A stretch of 57,763 nucleotides of DNA from a virus (lineage: Duplodnaviria > Caudoviricetes). This document shows positions 29,514 through 37,214 of the stretch, piece by piece. The notes under the pieces are model-generated. The model saw nothing but the letters and a program-made list of their open reading frames with translations, was not told the origin of the DNA and searched no databases. Within the stretch, counting starts at the first letter, position 1. Each line of letters opens with the position of its first letter. The stretch spans positions 1-57,763 of the IMG/VR virus record IMGVR_UViG_3300042346_000645. The stretch is one strand, 5' to 3'. The position numbers and the translations under genes were made by a program.

Positions 29514-29921
29514 ATGCTGTTCACTAAAAAGGCAATGAAAGTAAAAGTTCCTAAAGCCTTAAAAGTTTCACGCGGTAGACCTAAAATTGATCCGCGTAAA
29601 AAATCAAGACATTATCAGCTATCACTTCAAGGTGACTTGATTGATTTTCTCGAAGCCGCTGGACTTAAATCAAAATCAGCTTTTGTGAGTTTAGCAATTC
29701 GGACGATGATGGAATTCAAAAAATACCGTTCGCTGCCTTATGACAAATGTTTAGACTGTGGGTGCGATATGACAGCGCCACTTAACCCCATGGACGGTGC
29801 AAAAACATACGTCGATGAGGATGGTAAAGTTTTGGATGTTTTTGTTCAATGCGAAGGTTGCGGTGGTCGTGCTGGACATAGGCAATATGATCCACGAAAC
29901 CACGGTATCGAATCAGAATAA
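29514..29921 (+). CDS. Putative DNA-binding protein (AT-hook/RHH-like plus Zn finger)
   Basis: RGRPK motif, SKSAFVSLAI helix, CLDC..CEGC. Confidence 0.55.
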   Translation: MLFTKKAMKVKVPKALKVSRGRPKIDPRKKSRHYQLSLQGDLIDFLEAAGLKSKSAFVSLAIRTMMEFKKYRSLPYDKCLDCGCDMTAPLNPMDGAKTYVDEDGKVLDVFVQCEGCGGRAGHRQYDPRNHGIESE

Positions 29922-29927
29922 AATATT

Positions 29928-29951
29928 AGCCGGTTAACTGCCGGCTTTTTT
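29928..29951 (+). terminator. Rho-independent terminator closing the early unit
   Basis: AGCCGG/CCGGCT stem plus T-run. Confidence 0.75.
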
Positions 29952-29952
29952 G

Positions 29953-30212
29953 TCTGCGACAAAGCGACAGAGTGTACATAGTTTTTCCCATTTATATATA
30001 TATTATAAATCAATACAAAAAAGGCTATATTTCTATTAATTAATCTCTATACCAATTATTACTAAAACTATGTATACTATGTCGCAGAGAGTATAAGAAT
30101 GTAGTATTTATAAGGGTTTGAAGGTGCGACATAGTGATTTTTTAACTGTGTCGCAAATACATAGTTACTTTGTCGCAGATAAAATTTAGCATTTTTTCTC
30201 TGCGACACAGTT
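29953..30212. other. Putative replication origin with GCGACA iterons
   Basis: Seven GCGACA/TGTCGC copies in both orientations around an AT-rich core, just downstream of the primase gene. Confidence 0.6.
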
Positions 30213-30218
30213 TAAATT

Positions 30219-32729
30219 TTAAATTCCGTAATGATCCTTAACTTTCTTGATAACTTCATTCTCGTCTAACGTGCTTCTACGCCAAATCGTGTGTTTTTTC
30301 CGCCCTCCATCGCTTGTCGGCACATCGATTCTCTTGTGAACTTTCTCATAGCCAATTTGTAAAAGTATCCGAGTCAATGCCGATGTTTTTGGAAGTTTTA
30401 AAACTGACGGCTCAAACTCCTCAAAATTAAGTTTACCAAGTAGTGTGATATCGACTATGTTTTCGTTAATGACCTCGCAGTGGTAATGTGCAATCAAATC
30501 CTTCACTTCTTCAAATTCATGCGATACAGAATAGCCGATCATCTTTTCACGCGACAAGGTTTTAGGCGCTCGACCTTTCGCTGAAAAATCCGCACTTATC
30601 ACCCGATTCATAAAGTAATGGCAAAGTGCATCCATCCGTCTATCCGTTTCTAAAAACAGTTTTTCAAAATACCTGTTAGTTTCCTGCTCACCACCAAGTA
30701 GTGCAAACAAATGTTCCTCCGACTGACAGCGACTATACAAAACGCAATAACGACGATCCCCATTGGTAATCGGCAGTGCATCTTGATAATTGGTCAAAAG
30801 AAAATAGGACGTGAAATTCGGAACAGTCCTAGAGTTAGAAAATTTTTCTTCAATCTGAATTGTTTCGTTTGTGATGTACGGTTTCATTGTATCGATAATC
30901 GACCACCTGTTATCGCCCGATAGCCTTATCTCCTCAACAATATTCAGCACCGAACCATACGCCCATCCCGAAAACGTTCCTTTCGTAAATTGCTTCGGAT
31001 CAAGTTGCGTGGCATTCGACCCAAGTATTCCCTGCAAAATGCGAGTAAAGTATGTTTTACCACCACCTTGAGTCCCCTGCAAAAGGACTGCCCAGTTCAC
31101 TTTGCTACCAATGTTTTGTACAACATGGCACATCCAGTCTAGCAGTATCGCCCTTTCTTTAGGTTCAACCAGCGTGAATTCCAAGTGCCTGAGCATCATA
31201 TCCACAACAAGCAACCCATCGGCATCCATCACTTCACATGGCAACACACCGCGCTTCTTATATGAGTTCACATATCGCAGTCCATCGTTATCATTAACGA
31301 AAATCCCATCGTTTTTACTCGCCCAGTACATGGTATCGATGACTGTATCCATTTTCCAATCAACGAGCGCCATAGATGATGCTGATCTTTCCGCTGCGAC
31401 GCACTCATCCATGCGATCAAACTCCGCGTTGAAGGCTTCGCGCTTGATAGAGTAGCCGTGCTTCAAGTTATGAAACTCCATCGGACGTTGTACATAAACC
31501 CAGTTTTTCAACCACGACGGCATCTCCTCAACAATCAACCCACCTTTCTTCGGTGGGCAAAGCTCACGAACAATAGCCGACTTCGTCATGCCCTCACCTT
31601 TACCCCATCGGTCGTAAATGTCCTGTGCGATTTGCTGACGCTTGGTAAGTGTCACAGCGCTGAGTGGTAATTTACGCAGTTTGTTGCGCACATCCTCATA
31701 CGCCCTGTCATTATCAACCGACAGACCTTCCGACCCAGTGACAAAGATTTCTTTCACCTGCTTCTCGACAATCTCCCCAACACTTACCCCACTGTCCTTG
31801 ACCATCTTAATCACTGTGGCAAACGTCAACGGGCGCACTTTCTTTTCCGTCTTAAATGATTGCCATTTGCGGTCAATATCTGCCGCGTTGAACTTATCCG
31901 AGTTAGCTGACCAATGTAGCCAGAGCAACTTCCCATCATCCGAACCACGATATTGATGATGCAATGCCTGCCCGACGGTAATCCACGTCGAGTAATCACC
32001 TGCCGATTCAACCAGTGCATCGAGATTAGCTTCAACCAGTGCATCGCTGACATCAATCGGCTCATGCGCGAGCGCAAGCGAGAGTCCCTGCATATCATCC
32101 GCGTCATCATCCGTGCCATCTACATCGAATTCAACTGTCAAGTAATCCTTGACAGTTCCCTGCGCCAGCTTTTCAACAGGAAAGGCAAGCGCTACATCCA
32201 CATCAATCTCACTGCCCTCCATGACCATCACGAAAGCCGATTCACTCGACCCAGCGCTAACACTTGGCATATACATAAACTGAGCAGGCTTAAAAGCACT
32301 GTCATCAATAATAAAACTGCTAAACTCTGACGCGAACCAGTGCATCACGGCAACATACTCCTCCGCGCTAACCTCCCGTGACAGTGGCAACACTATACGA
32401 AAGCGATTAGCGTCATCTGTACTACGCCATGTTGAGTACGCAACCAGCGCAAAGCCGGTCATCTCCAGCTCAAACTCAATCTCTCCTTTAGTCATTGCGC
32501 ATTCATCAACGTCAATGGTTAAAAGTGAACGTCCGAGCAGGTTCTCCGTGTTGCGATAACCATTACTGAACCCACCGCCACAGAACCAGCCTTCCTGCTC
32601 TTTGGTCTTTGCAACTTTGTGCTTACCAAGTACCGTGCAAATTCGCTCCCACGTCACCTCTTTATTGCGACAGACAGCACTGTTCTTATCTCCGCGACTT
32701 ATGCGGTACGTTTTAGTAGACTCCACCAT
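30219..32729 (-). CDS. Primase-helicase (prim-pol, PriCT-2, DUF5906-like NTPase)
   Basis: LTIDVD..YST..RFRIVLPL; DYSTWITVGQALH; WAVLLQGTQGGGKT Walker A; IVEEI. Confidence 0.88.
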   Translation of the reverse strand: MVESTKTYRISRGDKNSAVCRNKEVTWERICTVLGKHKVAKTKEQEGWFCGGGFSNGYRNTENLLGRSLLTIDVDECAMTKGEIEFELEMTGFALVAYSTWRSTDDANRFRIVLPLSREVSAEEYVAVMHWFASEFSSFIIDDSAFKPAQFMYMPSVSAGSSESAFVMVMEGSEIDVDVALAFPVEKLAQGTVKDYLTVEFDVDGTDDDADDMQGLSLALAHEPIDVSDALVEANLDALVESAGDYSTWITVGQALHHQYRGSDDGKLLWLHWSANSDKFNAADIDRKWQSFKTEKKVRPLTFATVIKMVKDSGVSVGEIVEKQVKEIFVTGSEGLSVDNDRAYEDVRNKLRKLPLSAVTLTKRQQIAQDIYDRWGKGEGMTKSAIVRELCPPKKGGLIVEEMPSWLKNWVYVQRPMEFHNLKHGYSIKREAFNAEFDRMDECVAAERSASSMALVDWKMDTVIDTMYWASKNDGIFVNDNDGLRYVNSYKKRGVLPCEVMDADGLLVVDMMLRHLEFTLVEPKERAILLDWMCHVVQNIGSKVNWAVLLQGTQGGGKTYFTRILQGILGSNATQLDPKQFTKGTFSGWAYGSVLNIVEEIRLSGDNRWSIIDTMKPYITNETIQIEEKFSNSRTVPNFTSYFLLTNYQDALPITNGDRRYCVLYSRCQSEEHLFALLGGEQETNRYFEKLFLETDRRMDALCHYFMNRVISADFSAKGRAPKTLSREKMIGYSVSHEFEEVKDLIAHYHCEVINENIVDITLLGKLNFEEFEPSVLKLPKTSALTRILLQIGYEKVHKRIDVPTSDGGRKKHTIWRRSTLDENEVIKKVKDHYGI

Positions 32730-32741
32730 AAACAATCCTCG

Positions 32742-32966
32742 TTATCTTTTAATTATTGGTAAATCAACTGCCTTAATTGCCCCATCGGTTAATTGCTCAA
32801 CCTGTATCGCCCTGTTTGCCGGTATCTTTCCTTCCGTTACCCAATACGACACCGCTGCTTTAGTCACACCCAACTTCTTTGCTAACACAACCTGCTCACC
32901 ACCAAACCACTGCACCACATCATCAACGGTCACACCGTCATAAAATTCTTCATTTTCCATTTGCAT
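32742..32966 (-). CDS. Cro/YdaS-like HTH regulator
   Basis: FGGEQVVLAKKLGVTKAAVSYW..IP..RAIQVEQLTDG. Confidence 0.85.
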   Translation of the reverse strand: MQMENEEFYDGVTVDDVVQWFGGEQVVLAKKLGVTKAAVSYWVTEGKIPANRAIQVEQLTDGAIKAVDLPIIKR

Positions 32967-33024
32967 CTCTTTGTGAGTTAAGTTAAGATTGACTCTCATT
33001 TTACAACAACAGAGGAAAAACACA

Positions 33025-33753
33025 ATGAATGATTTAACAATACTTACAAACACCCAACTCGGTGAATTCATTTCGCTATCGTTAATACACGGCACAAACA
33101 CCCAGTTTAGCTATGAGTTATTGCATGAAGTGGCAGAGCGCTTAGTACAAACGGATGAAATTATCAAAGCAGGTATCAGTAACGGTATTCATGAAACGCT
33201 AACTAAGCAATCAACTGCATTCAAATTCAGACTTGAGGATGTTGTCAAAACGCTTGATGAAACGTTAGCACCTGCAATTATTGAAGATAACAAAGAACCT
33301 GTTGAAATCATCACTGATATTGAGCATCACGAAGCAATGAACAAAGCGATGAAAGTAGATAGGGATGAAGGTAGAGCAGGATCATCTAGCGCTAAGAAAA
33401 CAGTTATTGAACAAGTAACCGAACAATTAGCCGAGCAAGTAAAACCTAAAGCAGTAAAGAAAAAAGAAAAGCCTGTAGAAGTAGAAGTAGAAGTAGAAGT
33501 AGAAGTAGAAGTAGAAGTGGAAGTGGAAGTGGAAGAACTCGCTGAAGAACCTGTTGAAGAAGTAAAAGAACCTGAACTTCTTTTAACATCAAAGCTATTA
33601 AAAGAAGTAGCGCTTGAACTGCGCCAACGCAATGCTATTTCAAAAGAGAAAATTGTGGATAAGTTAACTGAACTGGGTGCATCTAGCACAATGACTCTTG
33701 CGCCTAAACACTATGCTGAATTTTATAACTTCTTGGAGAGCTTCAATGTCTAA
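33025..33753 (+). CDS. Hypothetical protein with a (VE)10 repeat
   Basis: GAGG RBS; C-terminal LTELGASSTMTLAPKHYAEF; (GTAGAA/GTGGAA) tandem near 33475-33534. Confidence 0.65.
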   Translation: MNDLTILTNTQLGEFISLSLIHGTNTQFSYELLHEVAERLVQTDEIIKAGISNGIHETLTKQSTAFKFRLEDVVKTLDETLAPAIIEDNKEPVEIITDIEHHEAMNKAMKVDRDEGRAGSSSAKKTVIEQVTEQLAEQVKPKAVKKKEKPVEVEVEVEVEVEVEVEVEVEELAEEPVEEVKEPELLLTSKLLKEVALELRQRNAISKEKIVDKLTELGASSTMTLAPKHYAEFYNFLESFNV

Positions 33754-34216
33754 TTTAGTATTAAGTTCAGAAGAAACAGAAATTGTTTTCGACTCTTTAG
33801 ACAATATCCGATCTGTTATTGAATCGGTATCACATGAAGAAACTAAACGTAAAATAAAAGAATTGATTGCTCATTTGGGCATAAAAGTTCTTTATTCTGT
33901 AAACTCTGAAAAATTTGTAAAAGATTTAGATTTTTATATTGGCGAGGAATTTTGTGACGATTGGGAAACTGCTATAAAAAGTGAAGGTTATGAGGATGAT
34001 TATAAATGGGAAATACCTACTATTTACGATTTGATACAAATAAATAAATGTATGGATAACCCTTTTACAAATGACGAAGTGTATTGGTCAAATACACCCT
34101 ACCGTAAATTACAAGCAGAAACTTATCAATTTTATAGTGAATCAATTACCACTCGTCCTAAAAAAGAAAGTAATTACTATTTTTATATTTCGCGCAAAGG
34201 TGAGCAAAATGACTAA
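33746..34216 (+). CDS. Hypothetical protein with a DUF1566-like C-terminus
   Basis: WEIPTIYDL..YWSNT pattern. Confidence 0.5.
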   Translation: MSNLVLSSEETEIVFDSLDNIRSVIESVSHEETKRKIKELIAHLGIKVLYSVNSEKFVKDLDFYIGEEFCDDWETAIKSEGYEDDYKWEIPTIYDLIQINKCMDNPFTNDEVYWSNTPYRKLQAETYQFYSESITTRPKKESNYYFYISRKGEQND

Positions 34217-35354
34217 CGAAGAACAACCTAAACACTCCTTGTTGAGTGCAAGTGGTAGCGCTACTTGGCTGTATTGCTCCGGTAGCGTCGCAGCGCAAAA
34301 GTCTTACAAAGAATCCCGTAGCGCATTTGCGGACGAAGGAACGGCAGCGCATGAGCTTGCAGAGATATGCTTGAAAGGCGATCTCAATCCGTTTGATTTT
34401 GAAGGTAAGCAATTACCCGAAACCCACTGGATAACGGTAGATAAGACAATGTGCCACCATGTAAATGATTACATGGATTTCATTGCAGAACACAAAGGTC
34501 ATAAAATCTATGAGCAGAAACTCGACTACAGCGAGTACGCGCAGGACGGTTTTGGTACAGCCGATTGCATTATCTTAAATGACGACAATGTAACGATTAT
34601 CGACTTGAAGTACGGCAAAGGCGTGAAAGTCTATGCTGATACCACGCAAACTAAAATCTACGCGCTAGGAGTCTATAGCGAGTTTGGTATGCTTGAAGAT
34701 ATCAAGACCATCACAATGATTATCTACCAACCGCGACTAGACCATATTGATGAATTGACAATAAGTATCGACGAGTTACTAGCATTTGGTGAGTGGGTAA
34801 AAGAGCGAGCAGAATTGGCTATGCAGGAAAATGCCCCGCTGACTGCTGGTGAGAAGCAATGTCAATGGTGTAAACACAAAGCACGATGCCCAGAGCTTAT
34901 GCGCTACACAGAAAATGCCATTCAAAACGAGTTTGGTTTTTTCGACGAGTTGCCAAGTGTAAACAGGTTATCCGACGCAGAGCTTAACCTTGCACTGAGT
35001 AGCGCGACATTGATTAAATCATGGCTGAGTGCCATTGAAGAACACGTTAGAGAGCGCTTAGAATCGGGCGATGGCTTTACCGGCTACAAACTTGTCGAAG
35101 GTCGCAGTTCACGCGATTGGGGTAGTGAAGAAGAAGCCGTTATTGCACTCTCTGACGCACACACTGAAGAAGAATTGTTTGAGCGTAGTTTTATTTCAGT
35201 GGCTAAATTTGAAAAGTTGGTAGGCAAGAAAAACATAAAAGACTTTGAAAATCTGATAGTTAAAAAATCGGGCAAACCAACCGTTGTGCCAGAAAGTGAC
35301 CCCAGAAAATCGTTGTCAGTTTCTGCAAATGATTTTTCTGATTTTGACGATTGA
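34209..35354 (+). CDS. DUF2800 family PD-(D/E)xK (Cas4-like) nuclease
   Basis: HSLLSAS, EGTAAHELAE, FGTADC, IIDLKYGKG, Q..IYALG, CQWC..C, GYKLVEGRS. Confidence 0.9.
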   Translation: MTNEEQPKHSLLSASGSATWLYCSGSVAAQKSYKESRSAFADEGTAAHELAEICLKGDLNPFDFEGKQLPETHWITVDKTMCHHVNDYMDFIAEHKGHKIYEQKLDYSEYAQDGFGTADCIILNDDNVTIIDLKYGKGVKVYADTTQTKIYALGVYSEFGMLEDIKTITMIIYQPRLDHIDELTISIDELLAFGEWVKERAELAMQENAPLTAGEKQCQWCKHKARCPELMRYTENAIQNEFGFFDELPSVNRLSDAELNLALSSATLIKSWLSAIEEHVRERLESGDGFTGYKLVEGRSSRDWGSEEEAVIALSDAHTEEELFERSFISVAKFEKLVGKKNIKDFENLIVKKSGKPTVVPESDPRKSLSVSANDFSDFDD

Positions 35355-35379
35355 CACAAGTAATAAATCAATCTAAACT
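35351..35379 (+). promoter_or_regulatory. Sigma70 promoter for ssb and the downstream RNA array
   Basis: TTGACA-17-TAAACT. Confidence 0.7.
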
Positions 35380-35412
35380 TAACTCAACTTATCTCTCCGG
35401 TTAAGTTAAAAC

Positions 35413-35459
35413 GAGGATGGGAAATCACTTAATAGGCGATTTATCAATAACCCATCCTC
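35413..35459 (+). promoter_or_regulatory. Structured 5' leader of the DUF2815 gene
   Basis: GAGGATGGG/CCCATCCTC 9-bp stem with an inner hairpin. Confidence 0.55.
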
Positions 35460-35501
35460 ACCTAATCCCAAAACCATAACGCTATAAGCAAGAAGGCTAA
35501 A

Positions 35502-36026
35502 ATGTCAGAAACACAAATTAAATTAGGCGAAGTTCGTTTGTCATTCCCATCTCTTTTCAAAAAAGCAGTATTTGAAGGAGAGGAAACAAAATTCGAAGCT
35601 ACCGTGCTAATGGAAAAAGACAGTAAAAATCACAAAATTACCGAAGCGGCAATTGAAAAATTCATTGCGCAAACATTTAAAGACGGTGCGCCTAAAGGTC
35701 TTAAAATTACTTGTTTTCAAGATGGTGACACTAAAGACGTAGAAGGCTATGAAGGCATGATGGCGCTAAAAGGCTCATCAAATAAACGCATTCCAGTATT
35801 CGATAAAGACCGCTCACCAATCACAGAAGAAGATGACAAGGTGTACGCTGGATGCTACGTCAATGCGATTTTTGACTTTTGGTTTTCAAGTCACCCTAAA
35901 GGTGGCAAACAAATTCTTGCCAATCTTCTTGGTGTTCAATTCAAGAGAGATGGCGAAACCTTCTCTGATGCTAAAGTCGCAAGCGCTGATTTCTTTGACG
36001 ACGAATCAGAAGAAGATGATTTTTAA
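35502..36026 (+). CDS. DUF2815 family ssDNA-binding protein
   Basis: VRLSFPSLF, VYAGCYVN, LLGVQFKRDGE, acidic tail DDESEEDDF. Confidence 0.9.
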   Translation: MSETQIKLGEVRLSFPSLFKKAVFEGEETKFEATVLMEKDSKNHKITEAAIEKFIAQTFKDGAPKGLKITCFQDGDTKDVEGYEGMMALKGSSNKRIPVFDKDRSPITEEDDKVYAGCYVNAIFDFWFSSHPKGGKQILANLLGVQFKRDGETFSDAKVASADFFDDESEEDDF

Positions 36027-36084
36027 ATACTCTGTGTCCTCAGTGTGGTGAAAAGACGATTGGATTAACATCGTAAAAGTTAAT

Positions 36085-36119
36085 TGACAGCTTGGAAAGA
36101 CAAGCACTATGAATAAAAC
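36085..36119 (+). repeat. 35-bp direct repeat (second copy 36389-36423)
   Basis: TGACAGCTTGGAAAGACAAGCACTATGAATAAAAC occurs exactly twice; contains a GCTTG/CAAGC hairpin. Confidence 0.9.
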
Positions 36120-36268
36120 GCCTTGAAAGATCGTGGAGACCTTACTATAACTCTAAGCGCTTAGTGGTTATAGTATAAAACGCGTAAGCGGGGGAAGCTC
36201 AGTAAAGCCGACAATTGCAAATCGATGTGTAATTGTTTGGAAGAAGTAACGGGCGTTTTATTGATAGT
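36106..36268 (+). ncRNA. Putative structured ncRNA cassette A
   Basis: 17-bp closing stem 36106-36122/36252-36268 (one mismatch); two long internal hairpins; no ORF. Confidence 0.55.
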
Positions 36269-36409
36269 TATCAAAGCCTAGACCAACCGCGTGTACATGC
36301 GGGAACGTAGTATGGTAACTATCAACAGCACGACTGCAAGAGCGAAACTTGAGTGCTTGTGCGCCGGACGCTGTAACCGGCAACTATCTGACAGCTTGGA
36401 AAGACAAGC

Positions 36410-36591
36410 ACTATGAATAAAACATCGCTCGCTCTCACCGCAAATGAGAACCTTGCAGCCTTTAATTTTGACAAAGCGCAATAGCTACGCGCTCGACAAA
36501 GGTAAGGTCATTTGTGAAGATGACCTGCTACTGCGATAGGGAAGGCGGAAACTGAATCGTAGGGGGCAGTAAACGGTGTTTTATTGATAGT
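36410..36591 (+). ncRNA. Putative structured ncRNA cassette B
   Basis: 18-bp closing stem; paralogue of cassette C with covarying helices. Confidence 0.7.
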
Positions 36592-36720
36592 TAATGCGCA
36601 GGCTGATGCACTTAATAACGCAGAGGATGATAGACCCAAATAAATTTGGTAGGCATCACTAAAATGGTAAACAGTTAAATTGTCTGCGTGAATTTACTAA
36701 AGCCGGAGATCAGCACCGGC

Positions 36721-36908
36721 AACTATCACTAAAAGCATTGCTTGTAGCGTACCGCAATTCGCAACCTTGCAGCCTTTAATATCGGTAAAGCGCACTAGCT
36801 ACGCGCTCGATTCGGGTTGAGATTACCGGTGACGGTAATTCACTAACTACATAGGGCAGATTAGAACTGATTGTAGTGGGGTAGTAAACAGTGCTTTTAG
36901 TGATAGTT
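36721..36908 (+). ncRNA. Putative structured ncRNA cassette C
   Basis: 20-bp closing stem 36721-36740/36889-36908; shares AACCTTGCAGCCTTTAAT and TAGCTACGCGCTCGA with B. Confidence 0.7.
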
Positions 36909-37030
36909 AAACTGATTATTTAGCTATTGGCCTTTGTTGAATGTTTTAAGCACACTATATTTCGAGTGTATAGTGTGTTGCATTAAATCCTAGACACGCA
37001 TACGCCAATATGCGTGTCGCCTAATTGGGT

Positions 37031-37137
37031 TTTTAAAAGTAAGTTTGCGGGTGTCCTCATAGACCCAAAAAAGTTATGAGTCAGTGACTTTAGATTTTTA
37101 ATCCTGTGTAAATAATCAAGTAAACTTACTTTTAAAA
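37031..37137 (+). ncRNA. Putative structured ncRNA cassette D (pseudoknot cargo)
   Basis: 18-bp closing stem 37031-37048/37120-37137 enclosing an H-type pseudoknot. Confidence 0.55.
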
Positions 37138-37159
37138 CCTCAAGCTCCACCTCTCCTCT

Positions 37160-37193
37160 GCCGACATTTTGCTATCAACTTGTCGGTTTTTTT
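37160..37193 (+). terminator. Rho-independent terminator ending the RNA array
   Basis: GCCGACA/TGTCGGT stem plus T-run. Confidence 0.65.
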
Positions 37194-37214
37194 ATATTTG
37201 CAATAAGGACACCC

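Noticed and set aside
32742-33025. Lysogeny switch / integrated prophage
   Set aside because: A Cro-like gene is present, but no CI-type repressor, integrase or flanking host DNA.
36085-36423. 35-bp direct repeat as a CRISPR mini-array
   Set aside because: Only two copies, separated by 269 bp of structured sequence. No cas operon; the Cas4-like DUF2800 gene is a standard replication-module gene.
36278-36481. 67-aa minus-strand ORF in the RNA array
   Set aside because: Antisense to the operon, no clear RBS, and crosses repeat boundaries.
36530-36575. Cobalamin riboswitch (AGGGAA..ACTG)
   Set aside because: Lacks the CCCGC/CTGT core and the B12 box; the AGGGAA element is not kept in paralogue C.
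36106-36908. Complete retron or other RT system
   Set aside because: No reverse transcriptase is recognisable in the genome; only the decoy idea is retained, as inference.
36263-36912. Integron attC cassette array
   Set aside because: GTT/AAC-type ends are present, but there is no integrase, no cassette ORFs and no L-box pattern.
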